This document shows positions 1 through 8,749 of a stretch of DNA of 64,000 nt, in pieces. The DNA is taken from NCBI GenBank assembly GCA_051955585.1, contig JBQCGM010000110.1:17495-81494 (forward strand). Direction: 5' to 3'. The stretch comes from Novosphingobium sp. (GTDB lineage: Bacteria; Pseudomonadota; Alphaproteobacteria; Sphingomonadales; Sphingomonadaceae). Numbering within the stretch: the stretch's first letter is position 1; each line of letters starts with the position of its first letter. Position numbers and translations under genes: made by a program. The notes under the pieces are model-generated. The model was not told the origin of the DNA. It did not search any database and saw only the letters and a program-made list of their open reading frames with translations.

Positions 1-441
1 AACCACGCCCGCGCGAACGAGGAAAGCCGCCACACCCTGACCTATTGGCGCTACCAGGACTATTGCGGGATCGGCCCCGGCGCCCACGGCCGGCGCGGCG
101 GTCTGGCGACGGTGCGGCACCGCAAGCCCGAGAACTGGCTGAACGCCATCGCCGCACAAGGTGACGGAATCGCCGAAGCCCGGCCGCTCGGCACCTGGGA
201 GCAGGCCGCGGAGGCGATGCTGATGGGCTTGAGGCTGGCCGAAGGCGTGGATCTGGCTGCGATGGCGCTTCGTTTCGGTCTCGCCCCGGCCGACCTCTGC
301 GACGAGGCGAAGGCCGCGTTCTACGAAACCCAGGGCCTGCTCTCCCGCGACCGCTCGCGCCTGATCGTCAGCGAGGCGGGCATGCCCCTGCTCGATGGAT
401 TGCTGGGCGAACTCGTGCCGGCGAGCCTGGTCGAGGCATGA
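1..441 (+). CDS. hemW: radical-SAM heme chaperone HemW / HemN-like protein, C-terminal part (5' end outside window)
   Basis: Frame 1 is open from nt 1. Translation ...LTYWRYQDYCGIGPGAHGRR... plus a helical HemN_C-like tail. TGA 439-441 overlaps the next start (ATGA). Confidence 0.7.
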   Translation, partial: NHARANEESRHTLTYWRYQDYCGIGPGAHGRRGGLATVRHRKPENWLNAIAAQGDGIAEARPLGTWEQAAEAMLMGLRLAEGVDLAAMALRFGLAPADLCDEAKAAFYETQGLLSRDRSRLIVSEAGMPLLDGLLGELVPASLVEA

Positions 442-1331
442 CCCGAGGCGATATCCTGGAGGCCTGGCATAACCACCTCACCCAGGGCCGCCGCCGTTCA
501 CCTCACACCGTCCGCGCCTATGCCGCCACTGCTGCCCGCCTGCTGGATGCCATCGGCGACACCGACTGGCCCGCCCTCGCCCGCCTGGACGGCATCGCCT
601 TGCGCCAGCAACTGGCCAGGCGGCGCGGCGAAGGGATCGGCAATGGCTCCGCGGCCCGCGAGCTTTCGGCGCTCAAGGCGTTCCTCGCCTTTGCGCGAGA
701 GCAAGCGGGACTGCCGGACGCGGCGCCGCCGCGGATGCGGGGGCCACGCACCAAGAAGGGCATTCCCCGCCCGGTGACGCCCGACGAGGCGGTGGGGCTC
801 GCCGACACGATTTCGGACGAAGCGGAGGACTGGATCCGCGCTCGCGACCGGGCCGTCCTGCTGCTGCTCTACGGCGCGGGCCTGCGGATTGCCGAGGCGC
901 TTTCGCTGACGGGGGCCGACCTGCCCCTCGGCGAGGTGCTGACCGTTACCGGCAAGGGCGCCAAGCAGCGCGTCGTGCCGCTGCTGCCGATCGTGCGTGA
1001 AGCCGTGGCCGACTATCTCGCCAAGACGCCTTGGCCGGTTTCGCGCGACACCACGCTGTTTCGCGGCGCCAAGGGCGGACCGCTGTCGCAGGGCATGGTC
1101 CAGAAGGCCATGGCTCGCGCCCGCATCGCGCTCGGCCTGCCCGACAGCGCCACGCCCCATGCCCTGCGGCATAGCTTCGCCACGCACCTGTTGGGCGCCG
1201 GGGCCGACCTCAGGAGCCTGCAGGAGTTGCTCGGCCATGCCAGCCTGGGCTCGACCCAGATCTACACCAAGGTCGACGCAGCGACGCTGCTCGATGTCTA
1301 CCGCAATGCCCATCCGCGCGAACGGGTCTGA
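438..1331 (+). CDS. xerC: site-specific tyrosine recombinase, XerC-type
   Basis: 297-aa ORF with C-terminal catalytic region HALRHSFATHLLGAGADLRSLQELLGHASLGSTQIYTKV. RHSFATH/QELLGHA resemble XerC more than XerD. Confidence 0.8.
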   Translation: MTRGDILEAWHNHLTQGRRRSPHTVRAYAATAARLLDAIGDTDWPALARLDGIALRQQLARRRGEGIGNGSAARELSALKAFLAFAREQAGLPDAAPPRMRGPRTKKGIPRPVTPDEAVGLADTISDEAEDWIRARDRAVLLLLYGAGLRIAEALSLTGADLPLGEVLTVTGKGAKQRVVPLLPIVREAVADYLAKTPWPVSRDTTLFRGAKGGPLSQGMVQKAMARARIALGLPDSATPHALRHSFATHLLGAGADLRSLQELLGHASLGSTQIYTKVDAATLLDVYRNAHPRERV

Positions 1332-1411
1332 TCCGGCGAAAGTGTCGAATTCGTTCTATTCAAGTCCGGCAAAGTATGATCTGCCTCGCCCCCTTGGTGG
1401 GGAGTGACGAA

Positions 1412-1972
1412 ATGATCGGTTGGATAATTCTGGGCGTCGCAATTCTTCTGCTCGTCTGGCTGATAGTAATCTACAACGGCCTGGTCCGTTTGCGCGCGCT
1501 GGTGCGTGAAGGGTTCAGCGGGATCACCGTCCAGCTCCGCCGCCGGGCCGACCTGATCCCCAATCTGGTCTCCACGGTCGAGGGCTATGCCACCCATGAA
1601 CGCGAGGTGCTCGAGCAGGTTACCGCGCGCCGCGCCGATGCGGTCAACGCCAAGGGCGTGGCCGCCACGGCCCAGGCCGATGCGCAGTTCTCGGGCATGA
1701 TCGGCAAGCTCTTCGCCGTGGCGGAGGCCTATCCCCAGCTCCAGGCCGACGAGAACTTTCGCCAGCTGCAAGAGCAGCTTTCCGAGATCGAGGAAGAGCT
1801 GGCCGGGGCGCGTCGCTATTACAACGCGACGGTGCGCGACTTGAACACTTCGGTGCAGTCGTTCCCCAACGTCCTGGTTGCCGGCCCATTCGGCTTCAAG
1901 GAAGAGGAAAGCTACGCCGACGACCTGCCCTCCATCCAGGCGGCGCCCCAGGTCAAGTTCGGGAAAGCGTGA
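1412..1972 (+). CDS. lemA: LemA family membrane protein
   Basis: N-terminal TM helix IGWIILGVAILLLVWLIVIY followed by NGLVRLR... typical of LemA. ATG 1412 is preceded by GGGGAG. The ORF-track start 1376 is an in-frame upstream alternative. Confidence 0.8.
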   Translation: MIGWIILGVAILLLVWLIVIYNGLVRLRALVREGFSGITVQLRRRADLIPNLVSTVEGYATHEREVLEQVTARRADAVNAKGVAATAQADAQFSGMIGKLFAVAEAYPQLQADENFRQLQEQLSEIEEELAGARRYYNATVRDLNTSVQSFPNVLVAGPFGFKEEESYADDLPSIQAAPQVKFGKA

Positions 1973-1973
1973 G

Positions 1974-3941
1974 ATGCGCTGGCTTGGCGCCGTAGTCGCG
2001 GCGCTGCTCGCCCTCCCGCTCGCGGCTTCGGCGCAAGAGCCGGTCGATCGTGCCGCTCTGATCCGCGCCTGGGAGCTCTCCAAGGGCGAGGAGCGCATCC
2101 TTTCCTACCGCAGTGACATCGCGGTCGAGGCGGACGGCGATCTCGACGTGACCGAGACGATCCGCGTCGTCGCGCTGAACCAGGCGATCAATCACGGCAT
2201 CTACCGCGATTTCCCGACGACCTACGGCGGCTTCCTGAAGCGCGACCGCAAGGGCTTCGAGGTCCTGTCGGTCCGCCGTGACGGCAAGGACGAGCCCTGG
2301 GCGCGCGAATCGCTGTCGAACGGCGTACGGATCAAGATCGGCTCTGCCGACACGACCGTGCCGATCGGCGATCACACCTATGTCATCCGCTACCGCACCA
2401 CTCGCCAGCTGATCCTCGGCAAGGACAGCGACGAGATCTACTGGAACGTCACCGGCAATGGCTGGAAGTTCCCGATCGACCGGGCCGAGGCGCGGATCAC
2501 GCTGCCTGCCGCGACAAAATTCGGCAATCGCGCGGTCTATACCGGGCCGCAGGGTTCGACCGCCAGAAACGCCGAAGTCTTCGACGAGCGTCCCGGCTAT
2601 ATCGCCTTCCGCACCACGGCGCCGCTCGCCGCCGAGGAAGGCCTGACCGTCGCCGCGGCCTTTCCCAAGGCCGTGCTGACGCCCTTGACGGCGACCCAGC
2701 AGCGGCTCGAATGGCTGGCCGATTGGGGCGCCTGGATCGTCGGCGGGCTCTCGCTGCTGGGACTTGGCTGGTATTTCATCCAGGCCTGGGCCGTCGCCGG
2801 GCGCGGGCCGAAAGCGGGGCCGGTCGTGCCGGCCTTCTCGCCGCCCGACGGCCTCACCCCGGCGGCGATGCGCTATGTCGCCGAGATGAAGTTCGACAAC
2901 CGCGCCTTCACCGCCGCGATCGTCGACCTCGGCGTGCGCGGACAGGTGCACATCTCGAAAGAGGACGGCGGGTGGTTCGCCAAGGACACCACCACCCTGC
3001 GGCGCACCGATCTCGGCCGCACGGGCGGGAACGTGCCCGGGCCCGAGGCGGCGATGCGCGACAAGCTGTTCGCCGCCGACGAATCGATCGAGCTCAAGCA
3101 GGCCAATCACGCCACGCTCCAGGCGGCGCGGACCGCGCTCGAGAAGGGGCTTGAGGCGGCCTATTCGGGCAAGCTGTTCCTTGCCAACAAGGACTGGGCT
3201 GTACTCGGCCTGCTAGCGATTCCCGGCGCCATGCTGGTGATCGCGATCCTGGCGGTGCTGTTCGATCCGTCGAGCGGGCCGGCCTCGCAGGTGCTCATTC
3301 CGCTGGTCGCCGTAGGATTGCTCGGCGGAGCCTGGTGGCTCTATCGCTGGACCAGAACGGCAGAGGGCGGCCTCAAGATCCTCGCCTGGATCATCCTGGC
3401 GATCATTGGGATCGCCGGAGCCATGTTCACCTTCAGCACGGTCTTCGCCGCGCTGTCGCTCGGAGCTTTCGGCACGCTGCTGCCGCTGCTGATGTTGCCC
3501 GTGGCGATCACCGCCTTCCGCTGGATGTACGCTCCGACAGCCGAGGGCCGCGCGGTGATGGACCGGGTCGCGGGCTTCAAGCACTACCTCGGCGTGACCG
3601 AGGAGCACCGGCTCGACACCCTACACCCGCCGGAGAAGACGCCCGAACTGTTCGAGCGCTACCTGCCCTATGCGATCGCGCTGGAGGTGGAGAACCGCTG
3701 GGCCGACCGTTTCGTCACGGTCCTCGCGACCGCCGCGGCGGCCGGCGCGGCAGCCCATGGCGCGAGCTGGTACAGCGGCAGCGGCAACATGTGGGACGAT
3801 CCCCGGGGCTTTGCCGATACGATCGGCTCCTCGCTGGACCGCACGGTTTCGTCAGCCGCGACCTCGCCGAGCAGCGGCGGCTCCTCGGGTAGTGGTTCGT
3901 CCGGCGGTGGGGGCGGCGGAGGTGGCGGCGGAGGCTGGTAG
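1974..3941 (+). CDS. DUF2207-type membrane protein (signal peptide, large exported domain, TM cluster, Gly-rich tail)
   Basis: ATG 1974 lies 1 nt after the lemA stop. Signal peptide MRWLGAVVAALLALPLAASAQ, several TM helices near residues 270-560, and a tail ...SSGGSSGSGSSGGGGGGGGGGGW. The lemA-DUF2207 pairing is a known conserved arrangement. Confidence 0.75.
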   Translation: MRWLGAVVAALLALPLAASAQEPVDRAALIRAWELSKGEERILSYRSDIAVEADGDLDVTETIRVVALNQAINHGIYRDFPTTYGGFLKRDRKGFEVLSVRRDGKDEPWARESLSNGVRIKIGSADTTVPIGDHTYVIRYRTTRQLILGKDSDEIYWNVTGNGWKFPIDRAEARITLPAATKFGNRAVYTGPQGSTARNAEVFDERPGYIAFRTTAPLAAEEGLTVAAAFPKAVLTPLTATQQRLEWLADWGAWIVGGLSLLGLGWYFIQAWAVAGRGPKAGPVVPAFSPPDGLTPAAMRYVAEMKFDNRAFTAAIVDLGVRGQVHISKEDGGWFAKDTTTLRRTDLGRTGGNVPGPEAAMRDKLFAADESIELKQANHATLQAARTALEKGLEAAYSGKLFLANKDWAVLGLLAIPGAMLVIAILAVLFDPSSGPASQVLIPLVAVGLLGGAWWLYRWTRTAEGGLKILAWIILAIIGIAGAMFTFSTVFAALSLGAFGTLLPLLMLPVAITAFRWMYAPTAEGRAVMDRVAGFKHYLGVTEEHRLDTLHPPEKTPELFERYLPYAIALEVENRWADRFVTVLATAAAAGAAAHGASWYSGSGNMWDDPRGFADTIGSSLDRTVSSAATSPSSGGSSGSGSSGGGGGGGGGGGW

Positions 3942-4005
3942 GTCCGCCGCAACTGTTTCCTATCCCCGCCCAGGCGGGAATGACGAACCTATTTGCGAAC
4001 TCGCG

Positions 4006-4353
4006 TCAGCGCCGCACCGCCGTGAAGTTTCCGGTACGACCGGCAACGCGCATCGTGCCCGTCATGCGGTTGCCTGCGGTCCGGCCGGCAAAGGCCAGGG
4101 TCACGCCGATGAACGCCACCTTGGTCTTGAAAGCCCAGGTAGCCTGGTCCCCCGTCACGGCCACGCCGGTCAGCGGATAGCGCTTGCCTGCGCTTGCATC
4201 GGCGCAAACCCCGCCGCTCTGGATCTGGCAGTCGAGCTTGAAGGTCCGGCCGGCCACCGCGCCTTCGACATGCCAGGCGCCGGCCGATTGTGCCTGTGCC
4301 GAGGCGCTGGCCAGCATGAGCCCTGCAAGGCCGAGAAGCTTGATCGATCGCAT
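4006..4353 (-). CDS. small secreted hypothetical protein
   Basis: 115-aa ORF with a clear signal peptide MRSIKLLGLAGLMLASASAQAQ. G/C-rich third codon positions. No family recognised. Confidence 0.55.
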   Translation of the reverse strand: MRSIKLLGLAGLMLASASAQAQSAGAWHVEGAVAGRTFKLDCQIQSGGVCADASAGKRYPLTGVAVTGDQATWAFKTKVAFIGVTLAFAGRTAGNRMTGTMRVAGRTGNFTAVRR

Positions 4354-4413
4354 ATTGAGAACACCGTTTCCAACTATGCGTGCGCCCCTAGTCGATCCGG
4401 TCCGATTGTAAAG

Positions 4414-5013
4414 TCAGCCGCGCGGTTTCCAGGTGACGACGCGCCAGGCGTAGGCGGCCAGGACAACCGCGATCGTCGCGATGACACCCCAGTTCAGCCA
4501 GACTTCCGCTTCCTTGAGATAGTGCGACAGCCAGTGTCCGCCGCCAATCAGCGCCGTGTTCCACACCGCCGCGCCGAAGAAGGTGAAGACCAGGAACTTG
4601 CCATGTTTCATGTGGCTGAGCCCTGCCGGCAGAGAGATCATCGTGCGCAGGAACGGAGAGAAGCGCATGGCGAAGACGATCCACTGGCCGTGGCGACGGA
4701 AGAACCGGGTCGCCTGCTCGACATCCTCCCACTCCATCGTCAGCCAGCGGCCCCAACGGTCCACCAGCGGCTTGAGCCGGGCATAGCCCCACTTGTCGCC
4801 GGCCAGGAACCAGACGTAGTTGCCCAAGGTCGAGCCCACCGTGCCGACGATCAGCAGCGGCCAGAACTCCATCGATCCCCGCGCCACGGCGATGCCGCCA
4901 AGGCCCATGATGACTTCACTGGGAATCGGCGGGAAGACGTTCTCGATGAACATCAGGAAGGCGATGCCGAGGTAGCCGCCTTGCTCGATGAGGTGGAGGA
5001 TCCAGTTGGCCAT
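4414..5013 (-). CDS. DedA family inner-membrane protein
   Basis: N-terminus ...GGYLGIAFLMFIENVFPPIPSEVIMGLGG... is the DedA/SNARE-associated signature. Multiple TM helices. Confidence 0.85.
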   Translation of the reverse strand: MANWILHLIEQGGYLGIAFLMFIENVFPPIPSEVIMGLGGIAVARGSMEFWPLLIVGTVGSTLGNYVWFLAGDKWGYARLKPLVDRWGRWLTMEWEDVEQATRFFRRHGQWIVFAMRFSPFLRTMISLPAGLSHMKHGKFLVFTFFGAAVWNTALIGGGHWLSHYLKEAEVWLNWGVIATIAVVLAAYAWRVVTWKPRG

Positions 5014-5135
5014 GAAGATCGAACGCTATCCTTAGTCGTCATCGTCGCGGAGGCGGGGTCCCAGTCCCAACGCCTCGAACGGCGGAGAGGTTCGGGGATG
5101 GATTCCTGCCTGCGCGGGGACGACGATTCTCCGGG

Positions 5136-6116
5136 TCAGGCCGAAAGCATGTCCCCGTGCCGTCGCTCGATCGCATCCCAGATCAGCCCGCCGCAATCCG
5201 AACCGTTGAACCGGTCGATCGCGACGATCCCGGTGGGCGAGGTGACGTTGATCTCGGTCAGCCACTTGCCCCCGATCACGTCGATCCCGACGAACAGGAG
5301 GCCGAGCCGCTTGAGCTCTGCCCCCAGCGCTTCGCAAATCTCTTCCTCGCGCGGGGTCAGCGTGGTCGCCTCGGCATAGCCGCCGACCGCCAGGTTGGAG
5401 CGGAACTCGCCCTCGCCCGGCTTACGGTTGATCGCGCCGGCCACCTCGCCATCGACCAGGACGATGCGCTTGTCGCCCTCCGATACCTCCGGAATGAACG
5501 CCTGGACCATGAACGGCTCCGGCCAAACTTGGCCGAACATCTCGACCAGCGCGCCCAGGTTGCTGCCGTCGGCGGGGACGCGGAATACGGCCTTGCCGCC
5601 ATTGCCGTGGAGCGGCTTGACCACGATATCTCCCGGATGGCGCTGCTGAAAAGCGCGGACGTCCTCGATCCGCCGCGCGACCAGCGTCGGCGGCATGAAG
5701 CGGGCATAGTCGAGCACCATGACCTTCTCGGGCGCATTGCGGACCGAGGCGGGATCATTGACCACCAGGGTCTTGCCCTTCAGCCGTTCCAGCAGGTGGG
5801 TGCCGGTGATGTAGCCGAGGTCGAAGGGCGGATCCTGGCGCATCAGCACCACGTCGATATCCTGGGCCAGGTCGAGCAGGCGGTAGTCGCCGCGCTGGAA
5901 GTGATCGCCCTCGACCCGCTGCACGGTGACCGGAGCGGCCCAGCAGGTCAGCTTCTCGCCCTCTCCCGTATCCGTCTCGAAGGCCAGGCTACGCACGTCG
6001 TAGTGCCACAATTCGTGCCCGCGCGCCTGGGCCGCCAGCATGAGGTGGAAGGTCGAATCGCCGTTGATGTTGATGGTTTCGAGCGGGTCCATCTGGACGG
6101 CTACGCGGAGGGTCAT
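5136..6116 (-). CDS. gshB: glutathione synthetase (ATP-grasp)
   Basis: 326 aa. MTLRVAVQMDPLETININGDSTFHLMLAAQARGHELWHY... and the ATP-grasp C-terminal half (...GDKRIVLVDGEVAGAINRKP..EFRSNLAVGG...) match GshB. Confidence 0.9.
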   Translation of the reverse strand: MTLRVAVQMDPLETININGDSTFHLMLAAQARGHELWHYDVRSLAFETDTGEGEKLTCWAAPVTVQRVEGDHFQRGDYRLLDLAQDIDVVLMRQDPPFDLGYITGTHLLERLKGKTLVVNDPASVRNAPEKVMVLDYARFMPPTLVARRIEDVRAFQQRHPGDIVVKPLHGNGGKAVFRVPADGSNLGALVEMFGQVWPEPFMVQAFIPEVSEGDKRIVLVDGEVAGAINRKPGEGEFRSNLAVGGYAEATTLTPREEEICEALGAELKRLGLLFVGIDVIGGKWLTEINVTSPTGIVAIDRFNGSDCGGLIWDAIERRHGDMLSA

Positions 6117-6128
6117 TCACTAATCCAT

Positions 6129-6215
6129 TCGTCATTGCGAGCGTAGCGAAGCAATCCAGGACGGATGCGTGCGGCGCTCTGGATTGCTTCGTCGCTTCGC
6201 TCCTCGCAATGACGA
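6129..6215. repeat. palindromic REP/MITE-like element, family A copy 1 (31-nt arm, 19-nt spacer, 37-nt arm)
   Basis: Arms tcgtcattgcgagcgtagcgaagcaatccag (6129-6159) and ctggattgcttcgtcgcttcgctcctcgcaatgacga (6179-6215) form an imperfect inverted repeat (the arms differ in length). A second copy lies at 48219-48304. Confidence 0.8.
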
Positions 6216-6221
6216 GGGGAG

Positions 6222-6572
6222 CTAAGGCTGCCAGGCGTTGACGATGTGGCGCGGCCAGCGGCCCGGCGCAAGCAGGACGACGTCGATCCGCAGATCTTCT
6301 CCATGACGGGCATAGCGCGGGGCCAGCGCCTGAGCCGCCGCGGCGACCCGCGCGAGCCGCCGCGCGTCGATCGCCAAGCCGAGTTCGGCCGCGGTGGCGC
6401 GCCACTTCACCTCGACGAAAGCCACAGTCCGCCCGCGACGCACGACAAGGTCCACTTCCCCGCGCGCGGTCTTGAGCCGCTCGCCGATGATGCGCCAGCC
6501 CTTGAGCCGCAGATACCAGGCCGCCAGGACTTCGCCCCGTCGGCCGCGGCGCTCGGCGGCGGCACGGTTCAC
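6222..6572 (-). CDS. yraN: YraN family endonuclease-like protein (UPF0102)
   Basis: 116 aa ...GEVLAAWYLRLKGWRIIGERLKTARGEVDLVVRRGRTVAFVEVKWR.... GTG 6572 overlaps the rsmI stop (GTGA). The ORF-track entry 6222..8177 is this gene plus a spurious upstream extension. Confidence 0.75.
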   Translation of the reverse strand: MNRAAAERRGRRGEVLAAWYLRLKGWRIIGERLKTARGEVDLVVRRGRTVAFVEVKWRATAAELGLAIDARRLARVAAAAQALAPRYARHGEDLRIDVVLLAPGRWPRHIVNAWQP

Positions 6573-7408
6573 TTCAGCTCCAGCGCCCGGGCATAGAGCG
6601 CCTTGCGGTCGAGGCCGGTCAGCTTGGCGACCTTCGCGGCAGCCTGCGAGGCCTTGAGATCGCCGAGTTCCTCCAGCAGCATGGCATCGATGTCGAACTC
6701 GCCGGGGGCGGCTTCGGGCGGCGGGCCGATCACCAGGACGATCTCGCCCTTGGGCGGGTGGGCGCCGTAGTGGGCGATCAGGTCCTCCGGCGAGCCGGTG
6801 CGGCATTCCTCGAACTTCTTGGTCAGTTCGCGCGCCACGGCGACGCCGCGATCCGGCAGGAGGTCTCCGATCGCCTCCAGCGAAGCCTTCAGGCGCGGCG
6901 CGGTGTCGTAGAACACCAGAGTTGCGGGCACTTCGGCCAGTTCGGCCAGCACGTCGCGGCGGGCCTTGTCCTTGCTTGGCAGGAAGCCGGCGAAGAGGAA
7001 GCGGTCGGTCGGCAGGCCGGCCAGGGTCATCGCCATGATCGCAGCGCTCGGCCCCGGCAGGCTCGTCACCGCGATGCCCCGCTCGCGCGCCTCGCGGACC
7101 AGGCGGAAGCCCGGGTCGGAGATCAGCGGCGTGCCCGCATCGCTGACCAGTGCGACGGGCTGTTCCGCAGCCAAGGCGAGCAGATGCTCGCGCGTTTCGT
7201 CGCTGGCGTGGTCGTCGTAGCGGATCAGCTTCTTCTTGAGACCCAGATGGTTCAGCAATTTGCCCGTAATCCGGGTGTCCTCGCATGCAACCGCGCTCAT
7301 CCCACGCAGCGTTTCGACCGCGCGCAGGGTGATGTCGCCCAAGTTGCCAATCGGCGTCGCGACGATGTACAGACCGGGTGACCAGGCTGGTTCCATGCGG
7401 GCGTTCAT
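6569..7408 (-). CDS. rsmI: 16S rRNA (cytidine1402-2'-O)-methyltransferase
   Basis: 279 aa. GLYIVATPIGNLGDITLRAVETLR... tetrapyrrole-methylase-fold signature of RsmI. rsmI-yraN synteny with a divergent lpoA-like gene. Confidence 0.9.
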   Translation of the reverse strand: MNARMEPAWSPGLYIVATPIGNLGDITLRAVETLRGMSAVACEDTRITGKLLNHLGLKKKLIRYDDHASDETREHLLALAAEQPVALVSDAGTPLISDPGFRLVREARERGIAVTSLPGPSAAIMAMTLAGLPTDRFLFAGFLPSKDKARRDVLAELAEVPATLVFYDTAPRLKASLEAIGDLLPDRGVAVARELTKKFEECRTGSPEDLIAHYGAHPPKGEIVLVIGPPPEAAPGEFDIDAMLLEELGDLKASQAAAKVAKLTGLDRKALYARALELK

Positions 7409-7436
7409 GGACTGCCGTGAGGGGAGCTAGCAAGGC

Positions 7437-8594
7437 ATGTTCGAAAGAGTTCGGGGCATTAGGCTCGATCGCCGCAAGATCGTCGCGGCTGCGGCGTTGG
7501 CCTTCCTGGCCGCCTGCAAGACCGTTCCGACCGGTCCGAGCACGCCCCCTCCTCCGCCCGAACGCCCGACCTCGAACCTGCCGACCGACACCCAGCGCCA
7601 CCGCGTCGCGCTGATCGTGCCGCTGTCCGGCCCCAATGCCGGGATCGGCCAATCGATCGCCAATGCCGCGACGATGGCCGTGCTCGACACCAACGCCGAA
7701 AACCTGCGGATCACCACCTACGACAGCGCCGGGGGCGTTCCCGCCGCCGCGCAGAAAGCGATTGCCGATGGCAACAAGCTGATCCTCGGGCCGCTGATGG
7801 GCGACGATACGCCGTTGGTCGCCAATGTCGCGCGGAGCGCCCGTGTGCCGGTCATCTCGTTCTCCAACGACACTACCGTTGCTGGCGGCAACGTCTACAT
7901 CATGGGCAACGTGCCGGAGCAATCGATCGGCCGGACCATCGGCTATGCCCGCAGCCAGGGCGCGCGGCGCTTCGCCGCGCTGATCCCGGCGGGCGAATAT
8001 GGCGAACGCGTCTCGGGCGCGGTGCTGGATGCCGTGCGGTCCAGCGGCGGCACGATGGTCGCGATGGAAAACTACGACCGCTCGACCCCGGCGCTGTCCG
8101 CCGCCGTGCGCCGCCTCAACGCCCGTGGCCCGTTCGATGCCGTCCTGATCGCCGATGGCGGGCGCATGGCGCTGCAAGCAGCTCCGCTGCTCAAGCCGCG
8201 CGGTGCCGGGCCGCGCATCCTGGGCACCGAGCTGTGGAGCGGCGAGGCCGGGATCGCCACCGCGCCTGCCCTGCGCGGGGCGTGGTTCTCAGCCGTGTCG
8301 GACATCCGCTACCGCCAGTTCGCGGATAGCTACCGCTCGCGTTTTGGTAATCCGCCCTACCGCCTGGCGACGCTAGGCTACGACGCGGTGCTGCTGACCC
8401 TGCGCATCGCCCGCGATTGGCGCCCCGGCTCTCCGCTGCCTACCGGCAAGCTGACCGACAGCGGCGGCTTCCTCGGCCTCGACGGGGCCTTCCGCTTCGA
8501 CCGCGGCGTGATCGAGCGCGCCTTCGAAGTCCGCGAGGTCCGCGCCGGCGGCGTTACGGTCGTCAGCCCGGCCCCGACCAAGTTCCAGGATTGA
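7437..8594 (+). CDS. LpoA-like penicillin-binding-protein activator / type-I periplasmic binding fold lipoprotein
   Basis: Lipobox LAFLAAC. Leu/Ile/Val-binding-protein-like domain. Divergent from rsmI, as lpoA is in enterobacteria. Confidence 0.7.
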   Translation: MFERVRGIRLDRRKIVAAAALAFLAACKTVPTGPSTPPPPPERPTSNLPTDTQRHRVALIVPLSGPNAGIGQSIANAATMAVLDTNAENLRITTYDSAGGVPAAAQKAIADGNKLILGPLMGDDTPLVANVARSARVPVISFSNDTTVAGGNVYIMGNVPEQSIGRTIGYARSQGARRFAALIPAGEYGERVSGAVLDAVRSSGGTMVAMENYDRSTPALSAAVRRLNARGPFDAVLIADGGRMALQAAPLLKPRGAGPRILGTELWSGEAGIATAPALRGAWFSAVSDIRYRQFADSYRSRFGNPPYRLATLGYDAVLLTLRIARDWRPGSPLPTGKLTDSGGFLGLDGAFRFDRGVIERAFEVREVRAGGVTVVSPAPTKFQD

Positions 8595-8596
8595 GC

Positions 8597-8630
8597 AGTC
8601 CGTTCGAGACGGCTTCTCGGGACGGACTTT
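8597..8630 (+). terminator. intrinsic terminator after the lpoA-like gene
   Basis: AGTCCGT-t-CGAGA-cggct-TCTCG-gg-ACGGACT (12 bp in two segments) followed by TTT, starting 3 nt after the stop codon. Confidence 0.6.
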
Positions 8631-8749
8631 GAGGGAACTCCGTTCGTCCTGAGAAGGGATTGAGCTTGTCGGAGCCCGTCTCGAAGGACCTGCGGATAAG
8701 CACCGAGGGTTCTTGCACCCCGAATCCGCCATGTTCTATAGCCGTTCTC

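Noticed and set aside
1878-1973. N-terminal extensions offered by the ORF track. Examples are 1878-1973, 13296-13739, 17036-17290, 18680-18988, 23203-23373, 28199-28627, 35251-35394, 36883-37179, 43973-44755, 49478-49663 and 54883-55140.
   Set aside because: The extensions overlap neighbouring genes or are Arg/Pro-rich. Internal ATG/GTG codons give N-termini that match the expected family starts (signal peptides, lipoboxes, conserved first motifs), and several create the typical 1- or 4-nt overlaps.
3668-3952. ORF encoding a PPPPPPPPPPP run (-).
   Set aside because: It is simply the reverse complement of the GGN-repeat that encodes the poly-Gly tail of the DUF2207 protein.
3962-3981. 19-20-nt motif ATCCCCGCCCAGGCGGGAAT. 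It resembles (17/19) the reverse complement of 5102-5120, and together they flank the secreted-protein/DedA gene pair. I considered a REP family or the boundaries of an inserted segment.
   Set aside because: A 17/19 match between two sites in 64 kb of G+C-rich DNA is expected by chance several times over, by my rough estimate. The hairpins are weak. This would only be worth revisiting if a genome-wide search shows many copies.
6573-8177. Upstream 530 aa of the 651-aa ORF 6222..8177 (-).
   Set aside because: Only the last 116 codons (YraN) look like a protein. The rest overlaps rsmI out of frame and is antisense to the lpoA-like gene. A GTG at 6572 overlapping the rsmI stop gives a normal-length YraN.
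8662-8674. GAGCTTGTCGGAG, similar to GAGCTTGTCGAAG at 28575-28587. These recall the ELVEG/LSLSKG-type alphaproteobacterial REP sequences.
   Set aside because: It is only a 13-nt match with one mismatch, and neither site has the partner arm of a full palindromic element. This is not distinguishable from chance within the window.
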